From positions 235,876-299,875 of IMG/VR virus record IMGVR_UViG_3300036766_000194: DNA of 64,000 nucleotides; one strand, 5' to 3'. Made by a program: the position numbers and the translations under genes. Within the stretch, counting starts at the first letter, position 1; each line of letters begins with the position of its first letter. The notes beneath the pieces are model-generated. The model had not been told where the DNA came from and searched no databases. It saw only the letters and a program-made list of their open reading frames with translations. Below are positions 7,423 to 18,231 of this stretch, piece after piece.

Positions 7423-10400
7423 TTAACTCGTTTTGTAATCCAGCTGTATTCTTCCCGGTACGAAATATTCAGTGCTTGATATCTGTATATCCTTGGCTCC
7501 GCCTTCTCCAAAAACTTGATAAGTTACAAAATAGGACTGTAATCCTGGATTTGCTATAGTAGAAGGAATAGTGATTAGAATTTTCTGAGCATAAGAAGAG
7601 CTTAGGGATTGAGTACTGCTTATTTGATCATTTGTTCCAATTATGTAGAAACTAGGAACAGTACTATTTACTAGGAAATCTTGAACACTTGTAGCTCTAC
7701 GATACGCTTGTCCTTGATACAACAATCCTACATAAGCAGTTGAGGATCCTCCTCCGGGGATAGTCGCATCGGGGAGAACAGCAGAATTGGTTATAAATGA
7801 CTGTATGGGTAATTGTAAGTTTGTAAAAGAAGGATCCGAACTTAAAGGATTCCAGGTTGTCTGTGAAGGGACCACAATTCCTATGTCATAAGCTCCATCA
7901 CTCTTAGCAAACTTTATCAAAGGAAGCTGTACATTGGTAACTCCTGTTACAGACTTAACCTGACGAACAACTTCGGACATGACCAACTTATTACCGGGTA
8001 CATTGTCTAAAACAATGCTAATCATGCTACGGATCTTGGCATCTATAACATCCGGAGATACCTGGGAAGAGATCTCCACCACCATTGTTATATCAACGGG
8101 GTTAGCAATCATTGACTTAACCAGGACATCTGCTGCTGCGTGCTTTGTTACCGCAATTTGAGTTGCTAACTGATTAACAAAAGCAGGATATTGGGTACTT
8201 ATTGAAAATGTCTCATTGATGAAGTAGCTAACTTTCACCGTAGACCCCGTAGGGATCTGTCCTGTAAGAATTCTTGCTAGGCTTGCTATTCCACTGGTGG
8301 AATTATATACTAGAGAAAAGTCAATCCCTTCACGCATAACAACATCAATACCTGCTACGGTAAGTGTTACTTTTATGTATCGGTTATCGTGAGCAATTCC
8401 TGCTCCGGTTAACCCCGTTGCTAAGAGAGGATCGGTGTTAAAACCGTCCAAAGACAGTTGAGTGAAGTCATAAGACTCAGGCATCCACACGTTATGAATA
8501 AACCCCGAGTTTGCCAATTGGCTAGAAACAGTTCCATTAAGAGTTGTGTTTTCTTGATTTACAAATGTAACCTGTTCATATAGAGAATACTTGTAATATG
8601 AAACCACCAAAACAGGGGGATTGACACTGGCTGGGGCAGGAATGCTCCCTGTAGAAACCCTATTCAAACTCCAGTTGTTATAACGTCCAGTCCTAACCAA
8701 GGTGTAATCCACCCCATAAGTATACAAGGTAGAAAGGTCCCCACTACGAACAACTAAGGAAGGTAACACCTGACCGTTGATGGTTTTTTGTAGAACTACG
8801 TTTGCTCCCGAATCAACGTCAACGGACATTGCGTTATCAATAGAAACTATGGAAGAAGTTAACGAGACATTTTTAGTTGTCTGTAATAGGCTAGAAGACG
8901 GAATCAAAATCGTATCTCCTGCTAACTGAGAACCCCCATTCAATAGAAAATCTTGGGTGCGTACTAGTTGTATTGAAGTAGGAGAAACCACCCCGGTATT
9001 CTGATTTCCAGTTACGCTATTCACAGAAATAATGGGTTGTAGGGTAGGAACATTGTTCAAAGGAGTATGAATTCTAGCAAACATTCCTATGCTATAGGTT
9101 CCAGCAGAAGCGGATTGTAAGGCATTGACAGCCACTGAATTTGTAGCCGAAACACCTGCTATGACAAGAGGTTGCTGAGATACAAATACAGAATTTCCTA
9201 CCAGTTGATAGGCTAATTCGTTGGGATTCAAGAAAAGAAACCCATCTGTATTGTCAATGAAAGAATTCAAAGTACCTAAATAAAACGATTGACCACCTCG
9301 TTGTACAATAACTTCTACTGCCTGTTCTAAAGGAGAAGTTAGCTGAGAAAACCCACTTATAGAAAATTTCAAAATACTGCGATCCACAAGAGTCAAGGGA
9401 GTGTAAGCACTAAATGTCCCCTGAGGAGCAGTGTTTTGATATTGATAAATCGCGGTTTCTGTCTGCTGAGAATTGGACGAACCACGAACATATAAATCAA
9501 CTGTACCAAAGACGTGTTTCTGTCGAATAGGATCCCAATCACGCAGCATCTCTAGATCCCCAGCGGCCACAACATTAGCAGCAACAATAGAAGGAATAGC
9601 ACGAGCCTGAATTAAGTATCCATTCCGTGTTCCTGTATCAACTCCAGTAACAATACGGTCCTGAATCTGGGCTGCATAAACAGAATTGTTTTGGCTGTCA
9701 GTTCCAAAATTAGCCGGAACTAAGTTTGTTACACTCCAACCTTGAGGTCCCCCACTAACCACTGTAGTAATTGTTCCTACTCCTACATTTCCAATACTTC
9801 CAGTGGTTGTACACTGAGCGGGAACTATCACCTGGTATCTTCCATATTGGGAATCGAAAAAACTGGACGCGGAGGCAGGAGAAATAGACGCACTTCCTGT
9901 AGTTACAAAATTTAACGCAGGAGTCTGAGAGTTTGGGCTAGTTGCTACAATAGCTCCTTGAGGGATAACTATAGATTGTAGAGGTTTAGTGTATGTGTAG
10001 AAAGTAAGATTAACAACCGCTGTTGTAGATCCCCCTCTCACAACACCTGCCTGCTCACCCAACATATCAAACTGCTTATTGATGAATGCCTGTGTATCAG
10101 AAGCCTTCATTCCATAAGCTCTAGAAATCTGCTGTTTTATAGGAGAATCAGAGTAAGAGTCACTAATTCCATCATTATTAGCATCATCAATCTGAGTAAT
10201 AGCACTGATACTAGAAGCCATATGACTGAACCACTCTCGAACAGACATGTTAGATAGTTCTACTGCGATAGGATCAATAACTAAGTCACGCAATTCGGAA
10301 CGAGGAGTTAAGTCTAGTTGAGGATAGGCGCGAGTAATTTGAGAGATCATTCTCCCTGCTATATCCTCCTTACGCTGTAATCCTAAAAAGTCTGTAGGAT

Positions 10401-11340
10401 TTACCTTCTTTAGATTGACAAAACCACAAGTAAGAGGACCATTCTGCTGAGACTCAAACACCACGTTGGTAGTGGGGTCTTGAATAACTGTAGAAAATAA
10501 GGCATAAAACTTGTCCGAATTGATAGCTGAGGTAGGGACAAAAATAGAACTATAATTGGTTGTTTGGGTTGAAGTAACAGTGGTTGCTGTGGTAGTGTTT
10601 CCACTAACGACCGTGGTGGTATTAGAAGTAACCGGGTCGTTTGATGTCCTGCTGATGGTTGTTACCAAGTCTCCAAATTGAGTATAGGGTATCGTAACCC
10701 CGGAAGAATCTGTTGATAATACAGCTCTTACACCTAAAAATCCGGTGAAAGGGGGAGTTGCCCATTCTAATTGACAAGATTGGGAACCCTTATAAGCTCT
10801 TAAAGCTGATGGAGGACTAATCTTTAAAGCTAGTCCTGAATTGAAGAATAGAAGAGTAAACTTAGAAGTCGGTGTTATAGCGATGGGCCCTAAACACTTC
10901 CAAATAACTGTTCCATCTGTGGTAATAGAACTTGGTACAGTTCCCCAAGTAGGTGCTGTGAACCCCGTAATCCCTGCGATCAAAACTACCTGAACATTTC
11001 CATTGCTATCGGTAACTCTATAACCCACAGCAAGAGAAGTAGAAGTGGCCCATACTACGTTTGGGACATAATTTCTTCCCGTAATCTGTACAGTTGTTGA
11101 AGCTACACTAGTGTCTAGAGGTATGGTCCCAGAAAATGTGTTAAAAAATCCTGTAACAGGATTTGAAAATACCAGAGTCTGACTGTAGATAGAAATTTCT
11201 AAACGTATGGTATTAGCATCGGTTTGAACCTTAAAAGGTAAGATAGAAGTGTCAACAGACAGAGTGCTTACCCCTTCTGTAGAAGGTATGTAAGGCGACA
11301 AAATAGATATAGGTGTTAAGCTAGAAATCGGTGCTGACAT
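7423..11340 (-). CDS. baseplate J-like wedge protein (T4 gp6/P2 gpJ family), 1305 aa
   Basis: RDLVIDP, IPQGAIV, VPAQCTTTGSIGNV..GTIT, VTN...FGTD..., GTVDLYV, C-terminal V.GVTNV. Confidence 0.8.
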   Translation of the reverse strand: MSAPISSLTPISILSPYIPSTEGVSTLSVDTSILPFKVQTDANTIRLEISIYSQTLVFSNPVTGFFNTFSGTIPLDTSVASTTVQITGRNYVPNVVWATSTSLAVGYRVTDSNGNVQVVLIAGITGFTAPTWGTVPSSITTDGTVIWKCLGPIAITPTSKFTLLFFNSGLALKISPPSALRAYKGSQSCQLEWATPPFTGFLGVRAVLSTDSSGVTIPYTQFGDLVTTISRTSNDPVTSNTTTVVSGNTTTATTVTSTQTTNYSSIFVPTSAINSDKFYALFSTVIQDPTTNVVFESQQNGPLTCGFVNLKKVNPTDFLGLQRKEDIAGRMISQITRAYPQLDLTPRSELRDLVIDPIAVELSNMSVREWFSHMASSISAITQIDDANNDGISDSYSDSPIKQQISRAYGMKASDTQAFINKQFDMLGEQAGVVRGGSTTAVVNLTFYTYTKPLQSIVIPQGAIVATSPNSQTPALNFVTTGSASISPASASSFFDSQYGRYQVIVPAQCTTTGSIGNVGVGTITTVVSGGPQGWSVTNLVPANFGTDSQNNSVYAAQIQDRIVTGVDTGTRNGYLIQARAIPSIVAANVVAAGDLEMLRDWDPIRQKHVFGTVDLYVRGSSNSQQTETAIYQYQNTAPQGTFSAYTPLTLVDRSILKFSISGFSQLTSPLEQAVEVIVQRGGQSFYLGTLNSFIDNTDGFLFLNPNELAYQLVGNSVFVSQQPLVIAGVSATNSVAVNALQSASAGTYSIGMFARIHTPLNNVPTLQPIISVNSVTGNQNTGVVSPTSIQLVRTQDFLLNGGSQLAGDTILIPSSSLLQTTKNVSLTSSIVSIDNAMSVDVDSGANVVLQKTINGQVLPSLVVRSGDLSTLYTYGVDYTLVRTGRYNNWSLNRVSTGSIPAPASVNPPVLVVSYYKYSLYEQVTFVNQENTTLNGTVSSQLANSGFIHNVWMPESYDFTQLSLDGFNTDPLLATGLTGAGIAHDNRYIKVTLTVAGIDVVMREGIDFSLVYNSTSGIASLARILTGQIPTGSTVKVSYFINETFSISTQYPAFVNQLATQIAVTKHAAADVLVKSMIANPVDITMVVEISSQVSPDVIDAKIRSMISIVLDNVPGNKLVMSEVVRQVKSVTGVTNVQLPLIKFAKSDGAYDIGIVVPSQTTWNPLSSDPSFTNLQLPIQSFITNSAVLPDATIPGGGSSTAYVGLLYQGQAYRRATSVQDFLVNSTVPSFYIIGTNDQISSTQSLSSSYAQKILITIPSTIANPGLQSYFVTYQVFGEGGAKDIQISSTEYFVPGRIQLDYKTS

Positions 11341-11359
11341 TATGAGGTCGCCTTTTTCA

Positions 11360-12121
11360 TTATGACGTAGCCTTTAAAGAAAAATTTAACGGCATTGTTT
11401 GTCCTGAATACGATGACACGGTAGCTGAGATATTTACCAAAGTGGGATCGTTAGGATCCAAGTCGGCTGACACGCTGACAATGTCTTTTAAAATCTCAGG
11501 AAGATCTAGAGTTTGTATAGTACGTTGTGCTAATTGTATTTGTTTCATACTATCCAAGACCCTGGTTACTTCCGAAGCTATGTCCGAATCGGTTATCGTA
11601 AAACCGTATTTCTGACCAATAAAATCCTTAATTCTACAAGTGAAAGAAGGATAAAACGCGCAACGAGATGTTAAGATAAATTTCAATGCTCTCTGATATA
11701 GTTTCAAATTTCCACCTATCTTAGCCAGAACCCCCCCACTGTTCTGTTCGAAGTTGTTCAATCTACCTATTCCATTACACTTTAAGCAAAATAGTTTTTG
11801 TGTTAGATAGCTAACCTCGATGAGGGGGTTAAAAAGTCTAACTTCTCTATTGAAAACAATCTTGTAGAAAATTACTCCTGCTTCCAGGATACGATTTGTA
11901 TCCTTGATCACTTGATACCCATAAATAGAATCATTTATGTTAACTAGATTTCCTTGTATATAAACTTTCACTTGGTCTGTTCCATTAATTGGCGCACGTT
12001 GATTTATAGCCGTGTTTCCCACATAATTGAGGGTTCTCAAATCACTAGGACTTATGATATAGCGTTCATTGCTCTGAGAATGATCACAAACCATCAATGA
12101 TGTGTTAAAATCGTATGACAT
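11360..12121 (-). CDS. gp25/gpW-like baseplate wedge protein
   Basis: C-terminal KL.Q..LK.ILT....FYP.F...I...IG...DPNDPTLVNI; N-terminal CxxC. Confidence 0.65.
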   Translation of the reverse strand: MSYDFNTSLMVCDHSQSNERYIISPSDLRTLNYVGNTAINQRAPINGTDQVKVYIQGNLVNINDSIYGYQVIKDTNRILEAGVIFYKIVFNREVRLFNPLIEVSYLTQKLFCLKCNGIGRLNNFEQNSGGVLAKIGGNLKLYQRALKFILTSRCAFYPSFTCRIKDFIGQKYGFTITDSDIASEVTRVLDSMKQIQLAQRTIQTLDLPEILKDIVSVSADLDPNDPTLVNISATVSSYSGQTMPLNFSLKATS

Positions 12122-12781
12122 TTAAAATGTCCTATCCACGAATTTAAGGTCAATTGGAGCACCAGGTGTAGACCTGTTATGTTGCTCCAATTCCCAAGTA
12201 GTTGGAGTATCCAAAGGATGAACACGGAAGTAAGGTTCTTTACTATTCTGTGGGTAATTCTCCGTCTTATCCTTCACTAAGACTGCTTGGTATTGTTTTT
12301 GAGCAAATAGACTTTCAATTTCCTGCAACAGAATAGGAATTTGAGTAACAGCATCTTTAGCATATTGGGCTTTATCTTCGTTCTTTTCAATAAGATTACG
12401 AAGATGATTCATGTGAAAAACTGCCTCATCTTGACGATTCAACTGTTCCTTGTAATATTTCTTGATTTCTGATGTAACTACCATAGGCATATGATCATTA
12501 CGAGGAGCGGGGACGAAGTGCCCATGGGGACCCGGTTGCCAAGATGCTTTGTCAAAAGTAGGAGACAAAATTTCATCGTTAGAACTACGATACCATTCTT
12601 CTAAAACTCCTGCTGTTTTTCTTAGTTGAGTAGCTCGTATTTGATAAGCCTGTTGTATTGCTGGAAATTTTTTTAAACGAACATTTAACCAACTCTTAAA
12701 TACTTCTTTTTGAGTTTCAGAAAATGTCCCAAGGAAATTGAAGGGTGGACCTGGGTAAGAATATTTGAATGAATTAGCCAC
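12122..12781 (-). CDS. hypothetical virion-module protein
   Basis: GGAGG RBS; coupled within the operon. Confidence 0.65.
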   Translation of the reverse strand: MANSFKYSYPGPPFNFLGTFSETQKEVFKSWLNVRLKKFPAIQQAYQIRATQLRKTAGVLEEWYRSSNDEILSPTFDKASWQPGPHGHFVPAPRNDHMPMVVTSEIKKYYKEQLNRQDEAVFHMNHLRNLIEKNEDKAQYAKDAVTQIPILLQEIESLFAQKQYQAVLVKDKTENYPQNSKEPYFRVHPLDTPTTWELEQHNRSTPGAPIDLKFVDRTF

Positions 12782-12794
12782 ACGTCCTCCTTCC

Positions 12795-15700
12795 TTACTT
12801 TACTGTCAGCAGCAGGTTATGAGAGAATACACGCTTCTTAGCATCACGACCTGCTGCGTAGTTTCTTCCTCCCACATACAGACGAGCAACTTGTTTCTTA
12901 CCGATACAGGTAAATTTGGCAAAAGACCATTCCAGTTTACCTTCTATATCAGTTAAGACCGAAGCTGAACCCATTTTATCAAACACCTCTTCTACAGTTA
13001 GAGGAGTGACCCGATTATCTTCTAATGCTTTTAGAGATTCTAGTGTAGGAATAGGAGTTGACCCAGACAATTCAACCTCAGCCCCATTTTCTGCTACGAT
13101 AAGATAGCAAACCTCTTCACTAGTTCCTGTCCATTCCACAGGGAACTTATCTACAGAAGAATTAATTGAAATAGTCTCTCCTGTCAAACAATCTAATAGA
13201 CTCCCCACAGCTACACTAGACACTACAACACCTTCTTGAACAAACATGTCTAGAGTTGGGCAACCCCCTCCTCCACCACCTGAAGAAGGAGCAGCAGGAA
13301 CCGTTAGAGAAACCGTAGCAACGTTCACATTGTTCATATAAGTGACATCGCTTGTCACGAAACTATCTCCACTAAGATAGGTAATTACTCCATGTAAAGT
13401 AAGATTTAGAGTAGACGAAGAAGCAGTACTTATTACAGGCGGAGTTGCTTGAACGGTGTAACCAGAAATTCCAGAATAATTAGGAACTGTAGCAGTAACG
13501 GGGTTCAACTTAAATGCAGCGGTAATACCTGAACCATTGAAGCTAGACCCTGTCCAAGTCGGGTTGTAAGTACCTGTTGAAGATACTTTCAAATAGGCAG
13601 CTTGAACAGTAGAAGCAGGGATAACCCCAGCAGGTATGTTTACCGTTCCTAGATTAGTATAACCAGAAGGAGCGGCCCCTCCCATATCAATGACTGAAAC
13701 AACTACATCATTTGCGTTGGAGGTAGTTACTGATCCTGTTCCGAATGTACTAGTTGTGGACCCGGTAAAATGTCCTTGAACATCTACCGATACTGGAACA
13801 AGCAGCCCACTTACTTCATTTGCTATCACTCCAATAAGAGAATTAAATTGAGTTCCGGTTACTGACAAAGTGATTGTTGTAGTTCCTGCAGAAGTAATAG
13901 GCGCTGTCCAAATAAAGTTACACCACTCAGAGGAAGGATCCACATACCCCACTTGACGAGTCCACACGTTACCACGTGTATCACTTATTGTAGGACTAAT
14001 CAAGGTTCCCGGTCCCGCGTAGTCAAAGAAGGTTCCTGTAACCATCAACTGGTTACCAGAAGTAGTAGCGGAATTTAGAGTTACAGATAGGGTTCCTGGA
14101 GATCCGTTTTCAACATACCCTGTCTTAAACTGAATTACGTTAAAACTATAAGTTGTACTCGTAGCAGGGATTCCGTTAGAATAAATCGGAGTTATGCTGT
14201 TGGTCGTCAAAACCGTACCACCCCAAATAATGGTTGCTATGGTATTACTCTGTAGAGGAGGCAAAGGTTTAATAAGAGAAATAGTGAACGTCTTTTGTGT
14301 TCCATCTCCTATGATAGTGAGAGGAGAAACTGATACATCAGAAGCTAGATGAGGATCTAGTAAGTAGTTAACTTGGGTAGCAATAGCCTGCACACCATAA
14401 ACCGTTCCCGTAATAGCTCCGTTGCTTACTCCTGAACCTACATAAATGTCCAAACTCTTGTTACTATCTTGGTACCAAGCTATATCAGCATCAGCCAATA
14501 CTAAACTAGTGCTTACAACGTTTGCGTCAATAGCTGCCCCGTTATATCCAAACTGAGAGTTTCCCCCACTGTAAGCAAAAGCCAAGCGACCGTTCCACTC
14601 TGTGTTGTTAGCGGACAGTCCTAGTACTCCCGTGGGGTAATTTTGTAAAACTGTCGTCTTATCTACCGCAAAACCATTGTAGGTTTGAAAAGAAAATATA
14701 TTTAGAGAAGGGTCATTGTAAATGTAGATATACCCAGAAGTGTTCTCCAGAACAGGTATGTATGACTGACCTGTTCCGCCATACTGAACGGACAGGGTAG
14801 GAAAGAACCCCGTTCCTGGCGCCAAACGTAGAGCCGGGTTAATGTACACTGTCCAAGTGAAAGTGGCACTTACTGTAACTCCTTGATCGGTTATGGTTAC
14901 AGTTAAATTGTTACTACCCAAAGTTCCATTTTGGAAAGGACCTGTAATTTGAATAGTTGCAACGCCAGAAGTTATGCTAAGAACCGTTGCTGTAGCCCCG
15001 GTTAGTCCTCCCAACTGTGCGGTTATTTGTGAGGTTTGTGTTGACAAAACTCCTGAAGCAATTACATAAAAGGAAAGATTTGGACGAGGATTTACAGACC
15101 CTACATTTCCATTGGATACATAACCCAAGGAATTTGTAACAAGACCATTTGTGTAATCAAGTCCTGTCTTCAAAACTACACCTGTTGTCACAGTAACACT
15201 CAGTGTTTTGTCATAATAAGCACCTATGTTATCTGTAACTCGGAAGGTTACTGAACGAGTACCCACTTGGGTAGTTGTGCCAGAAACAACCCCGGTAGAG
15301 GGAGACAAAGTAAGGCCAGAGGGAAGTGTAGTGCTACTTAAAGGAGATATGCTCCAAGTGTAGGGAGAAGTTCCCCCTGTAGCTGTTAAGGTTGTACCGT
15401 ATACCGATCCCGCCGTAATAGAAGGAAGAGAAGCGGTGGTAATAGTTAGAGTACTTGCCTGAATTAACAGGTTGAGAGTTTTTGAAGGAGCAGAATTTGT
15501 TGCAGAATCGGTACAGTTAAAAACTATACCTGCATTGAAAGCTGAACCTCCTGTATTTCCTGATAAAACTCCTGCGGAAGTAAGGCTTAGAGAACCAGGA
15601 AGAATAGAAGAAGTGCTAAATGTATAAGGAGCCACCCCTCCAGAAGCAGCTAGAGTAGTAGTATAGGATGTGTTGATGATACCAGAAGGTAATGATGCCG

Positions 15701-18185
15701 TTGTTATGGCAAGATCCGTTCCTGTGCTCAATAACATGTAGGCAAAAGCAGAGTTTCCTCCGCTATCTGTAACTTCTACTTCCACCGGACGATTTGTAAA
15801 TGATGTTCCCGAATAAACTCCAGATATAGTAGCCGTAACTCCCTGATTAGAAGAGTCAGCCGTGAGAACTAATCCAGCAGGAAGAGAATTAGGGGAAGCT
15901 GGGGGAATCTGCCAAGAAAAGGGAGCAGTTCCAGGACCCACCGCACGTAAAACTCCTTGATAAGCCACCCCGACATTAATTGTCCCCACGCCTGAGGTGT
16001 CTATCTGAAGCCCTGTTGAAGACCCTATTTGAAGAGTAAAGGTTCCGGTAGCAACAGTTGGAACAGCATCCTTAACCTTCATGGTTAAGGTTTGACTATA
16101 TGAAGTTGCTGAAGTTATTCCTGAAAACACTCCAGTACTTGAATTAAAAGAAATTCCAGAAGGCAGTGTCCAAGTAGCCGAAGGAGGCGTGAGACCATCA
16201 TCAGACCAAGTGTAGGGGGATGTTCCTCCTAAAGCAGACATAGAAAAGCTGTATGGCTGTCCCGGTACAATAATAGGAAGAATTGTTGTTGTAATGCGCA
16301 AAGTGTTGTTAACATTCACATTAAGAACAGCACTTGTGGAGTTACCCACAGAGTCCGTCAACACAAAGGTGTCATTATGATTAGTTCCATTAACTGCTGT
16401 AGTAGTCCCACTAAAATTTCCTGTACTGGAAAGAGTTATCCCAGTAAAAGCGGGAGATTCATTATTAGTTCCTCCCGGCCACTGAGAAGAAGACCATGTA
16501 TAAGGAGGAACGCCACCAAATCCCTGTAATGAAAAACCATACGATTGCCCTGTAACTATAGAAGCTATTTGTTGTGTTAAAATAACTAGGGGAGGTACAT
16601 AATTAGACGTGAATCTCTTATACAAATAAGCCTGCTGACCATTTGTGTTTGTAACTTGAAACCAGACATCAAAATACCCCGATTCAGTGGGAGTTCCTGC
16701 AACAGAAGAATTTCCAGTAGAAGCAATTTTAACCACACCATTGGGCGCATTTATAGTCGTGTCTACATATGCTTTAAGACCTGTGGGTAGAACTCCTTTA
16801 ACAACAGAAACGGAAGCCAACGGAGAAGGAGAATTACTGCTTATACAATTTGTGGAGGCTGTTGCCGTAGGATAAGGAGTTTGAATTTTGGCATCAACTA
16901 GGTTATCTGACAAAGTAAATTGAGAAGTAAAAATAGTCCAATTTATCGTTACGGTGCCATGAACAAGATTCTGTGAGTCAATATACTCTATAATAGAAGG
17001 AGTTGTTTGTCCTCCCGCAACAGTTCCATACAATAGACTAGTGTTAGCATCTAAAGAAATACCTGCGGGAAGTGTAGACCCGATCTGAACTCGAGCAGAA
17101 TAATTTACATTCTTTGATATGTTAGGAGAATTAAAATAGGGCTTTAAAGGATTCAAACCTATAGAATCTCCCACGATATATGGCTTAGGATAAGCTGTAA
17201 ATGAAAAACCCGAAGCTGTAGAATTCTCTGATAACAAAGTGTATTCACGAGAAACAGTAGCTACTTGAGTGGTTCCCTGTAATATGGGAAGAGGAATTCT
17301 AAGTTCTGAATTCCTAAAAGAAGTGGGTGGTCCTTGAACTTTCACAATTTTGTTGACTGAATCAACAGAAACTGTAAGCCCGTTACTAGGAGAAGATAGT
17401 GTAGGTGTTCCTAATGAAAAACCCTGGAAGTCTCCCAATACAGGGAACACTATAGCCAGGTTATCATTAGGACCCCAGTAATGATCAAAATATGCTTGAG
17501 AAACATGGATGCTACTTACTGGCTGTTTTGCTTGATAATAAAAAGACCCCGAAGCGGAGACAGGTGTAGGGGAACTATCTTTTATGGTAGCTGAAAAATT
17601 ATGTGTCCCCAGTGAACTGGTAGGTACATTTACGAGGGTTTCTAACTGTCCGTCAACGAGTGAAAATACAGTAGAAGAATTGATGCTATACGTAACCACC
17701 GTAGACACAGAATTACCTATACTATCAACCGCATTCAATCCCACGGTAAAGGAACCGTAACTTGTTAAAGTAAAATGTAACGTATTGTTTGAATCAATTG
17801 TAGGACTTGGAACAGTTGTTACGCTAGAAATTATAGACCAGGTGACATACCCGCTTCCTCCATTAGAAACAAGAGGAATAGAAAAAATTGCTGGAAAAGA
17901 ACTCGGAGCAAAAGATTGGCTGTTATTGAGAATACTAAAAATTGTGGGATCATCTACAACTACGTTTATCGTCAAAAAAGAAACATTCGTTGCAAAATCA
18001 ATAACCTTTAATCTTATAGAATATGTCCCCGAATTAACCGCAGTGGCATCAAGAAACATAGTCTGATTTGTATTGTCTAGGTTAATAGTTCCTGGAAATG
18101 TAGTAGAAATACCCGGAACCGTCTGATACAGATAAGGTGGTGTTCCTCCCACAGAAGTTATAGGTACTGTAATCGTAGTCGGCAT
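12795..18185 (-). CDS. giant Ig-repeat (He_PIG-like) fibre protein with C-terminal Hint domain, 1796 aa
   Basis: Repeated ITT.SLP...Y...L.A.GG..PYTW...LP.GL.L...G..SGT units; Gly linker followed by C-PTLDM...VFSHN near the C-terminus. Confidence 0.85.
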   Translation of the reverse strand: MPTTITVPITSVGGTPPYLYQTVPGISTTFPGTINLDNTNQTMFLDATAVNSGTYSIRLKVIDFATNVSFLTINVVVDDPTIFSILNNSQSFAPSSFPAIFSIPLVSNGGSGYVTWSIISSVTTVPSPTIDSNNTLHFTLTSYGSFTVGLNAVDSIGNSVSTVVTYSINSSTVFSLVDGQLETLVNVPTSSLGTHNFSATIKDSSPTPVSASGSFYYQAKQPVSSIHVSQAYFDHYWGPNDNLAIVFPVLGDFQGFSLGTPTLSSPSNGLTVSVDSVNKIVKVQGPPTSFRNSELRIPLPILQGTTQVATVSREYTLLSENSTASGFSFTAYPKPYIVGDSIGLNPLKPYFNSPNISKNVNYSARVQIGSTLPAGISLDANTSLLYGTVAGGQTTPSIIEYIDSQNLVHGTVTINWTIFTSQFTLSDNLVDAKIQTPYPTATASTNCISSNSPSPLASVSVVKGVLPTGLKAYVDTTINAPNGVVKIASTGNSSVAGTPTESGYFDVWFQVTNTNGQQAYLYKRFTSNYVPPLVILTQQIASIVTGQSYGFSLQGFGGVPPYTWSSSQWPGGTNNESPAFTGITLSSTGNFSGTTTAVNGTNHNDTFVLTDSVGNSTSAVLNVNVNNTLRITTTILPIIVPGQPYSFSMSALGGTSPYTWSDDGLTPPSATWTLPSGISFNSSTGVFSGITSATSYSQTLTMKVKDAVPTVATGTFTLQIGSSTGLQIDTSGVGTINVGVAYQGVLRAVGPGTAPFSWQIPPASPNSLPAGLVLTADSSNQGVTATISGVYSGTSFTNRPVEVEVTDSGGNSAFAYMLLSTGTDLAITTASLPSGIINTSYTTTLAASGGVAPYTFSTSSILPGSLSLTSAGVLSGNTGGSAFNAGIVFNCTDSATNSAPSKTLNLLIQASTLTITTASLPSITAGSVYGTTLTATGGTSPYTWSISPLSSTTLPSGLTLSPSTGVVSGTTTQVGTRSVTFRVTDNIGAYYDKTLSVTVTTGVVLKTGLDYTNGLVTNSLGYVSNGNVGSVNPRPNLSFYVIASGVLSTQTSQITAQLGGLTGATATVLSITSGVATIQITGPFQNGTLGSNNLTVTITDQGVTVSATFTWTVYINPALRLAPGTGFFPTLSVQYGGTGQSYIPVLENTSGYIYIYNDPSLNIFSFQTYNGFAVDKTTVLQNYPTGVLGLSANNTEWNGRLAFAYSGGNSQFGYNGAAIDANVVSTSLVLADADIAWYQDSNKSLDIYVGSGVSNGAITGTVYGVQAIATQVNYLLDPHLASDVSVSPLTIIGDGTQKTFTISLIKPLPPLQSNTIATIIWGGTVLTTNSITPIYSNGIPATSTTYSFNVIQFKTGYVENGSPGTLSVTLNSATTSGNQLMVTGTFFDYAGPGTLISPTISDTRGNVWTRQVGYVDPSSEWCNFIWTAPITSAGTTTITLSVTGTQFNSLIGVIANEVSGLLVPVSVDVQGHFTGSTTSTFGTGSVTTSNANDVVVSVIDMGGAAPSGYTNLGTVNIPAGVIPASTVQAAYLKVSSTGTYNPTWTGSSFNGSGITAAFKLNPVTATVPNYSGISGYTVQATPPVISTASSSTLNLTLHGVITYLSGDSFVTSDVTYMNNVNVATVSLTVPAAPSSGGGGGGCPTLDMFVQEGVVVSSVAVGSLLDCLTGETISINSSVDKFPVEWTGTSEEVCYLIVAENGAEVELSGSTPIPTLESLKALEDNRVTPLTVEEVFDKMGSASVLTDIEGKLEWSFAKFTCIGKKQVARLYVGGRNYAAGRDAKKRVFSHNLLLTVK

Positions 18186-18231
18186 TAGGGTGTCCTACTG
18201 AGTATTTCTGTATTTTCAATGTGTATAATCA

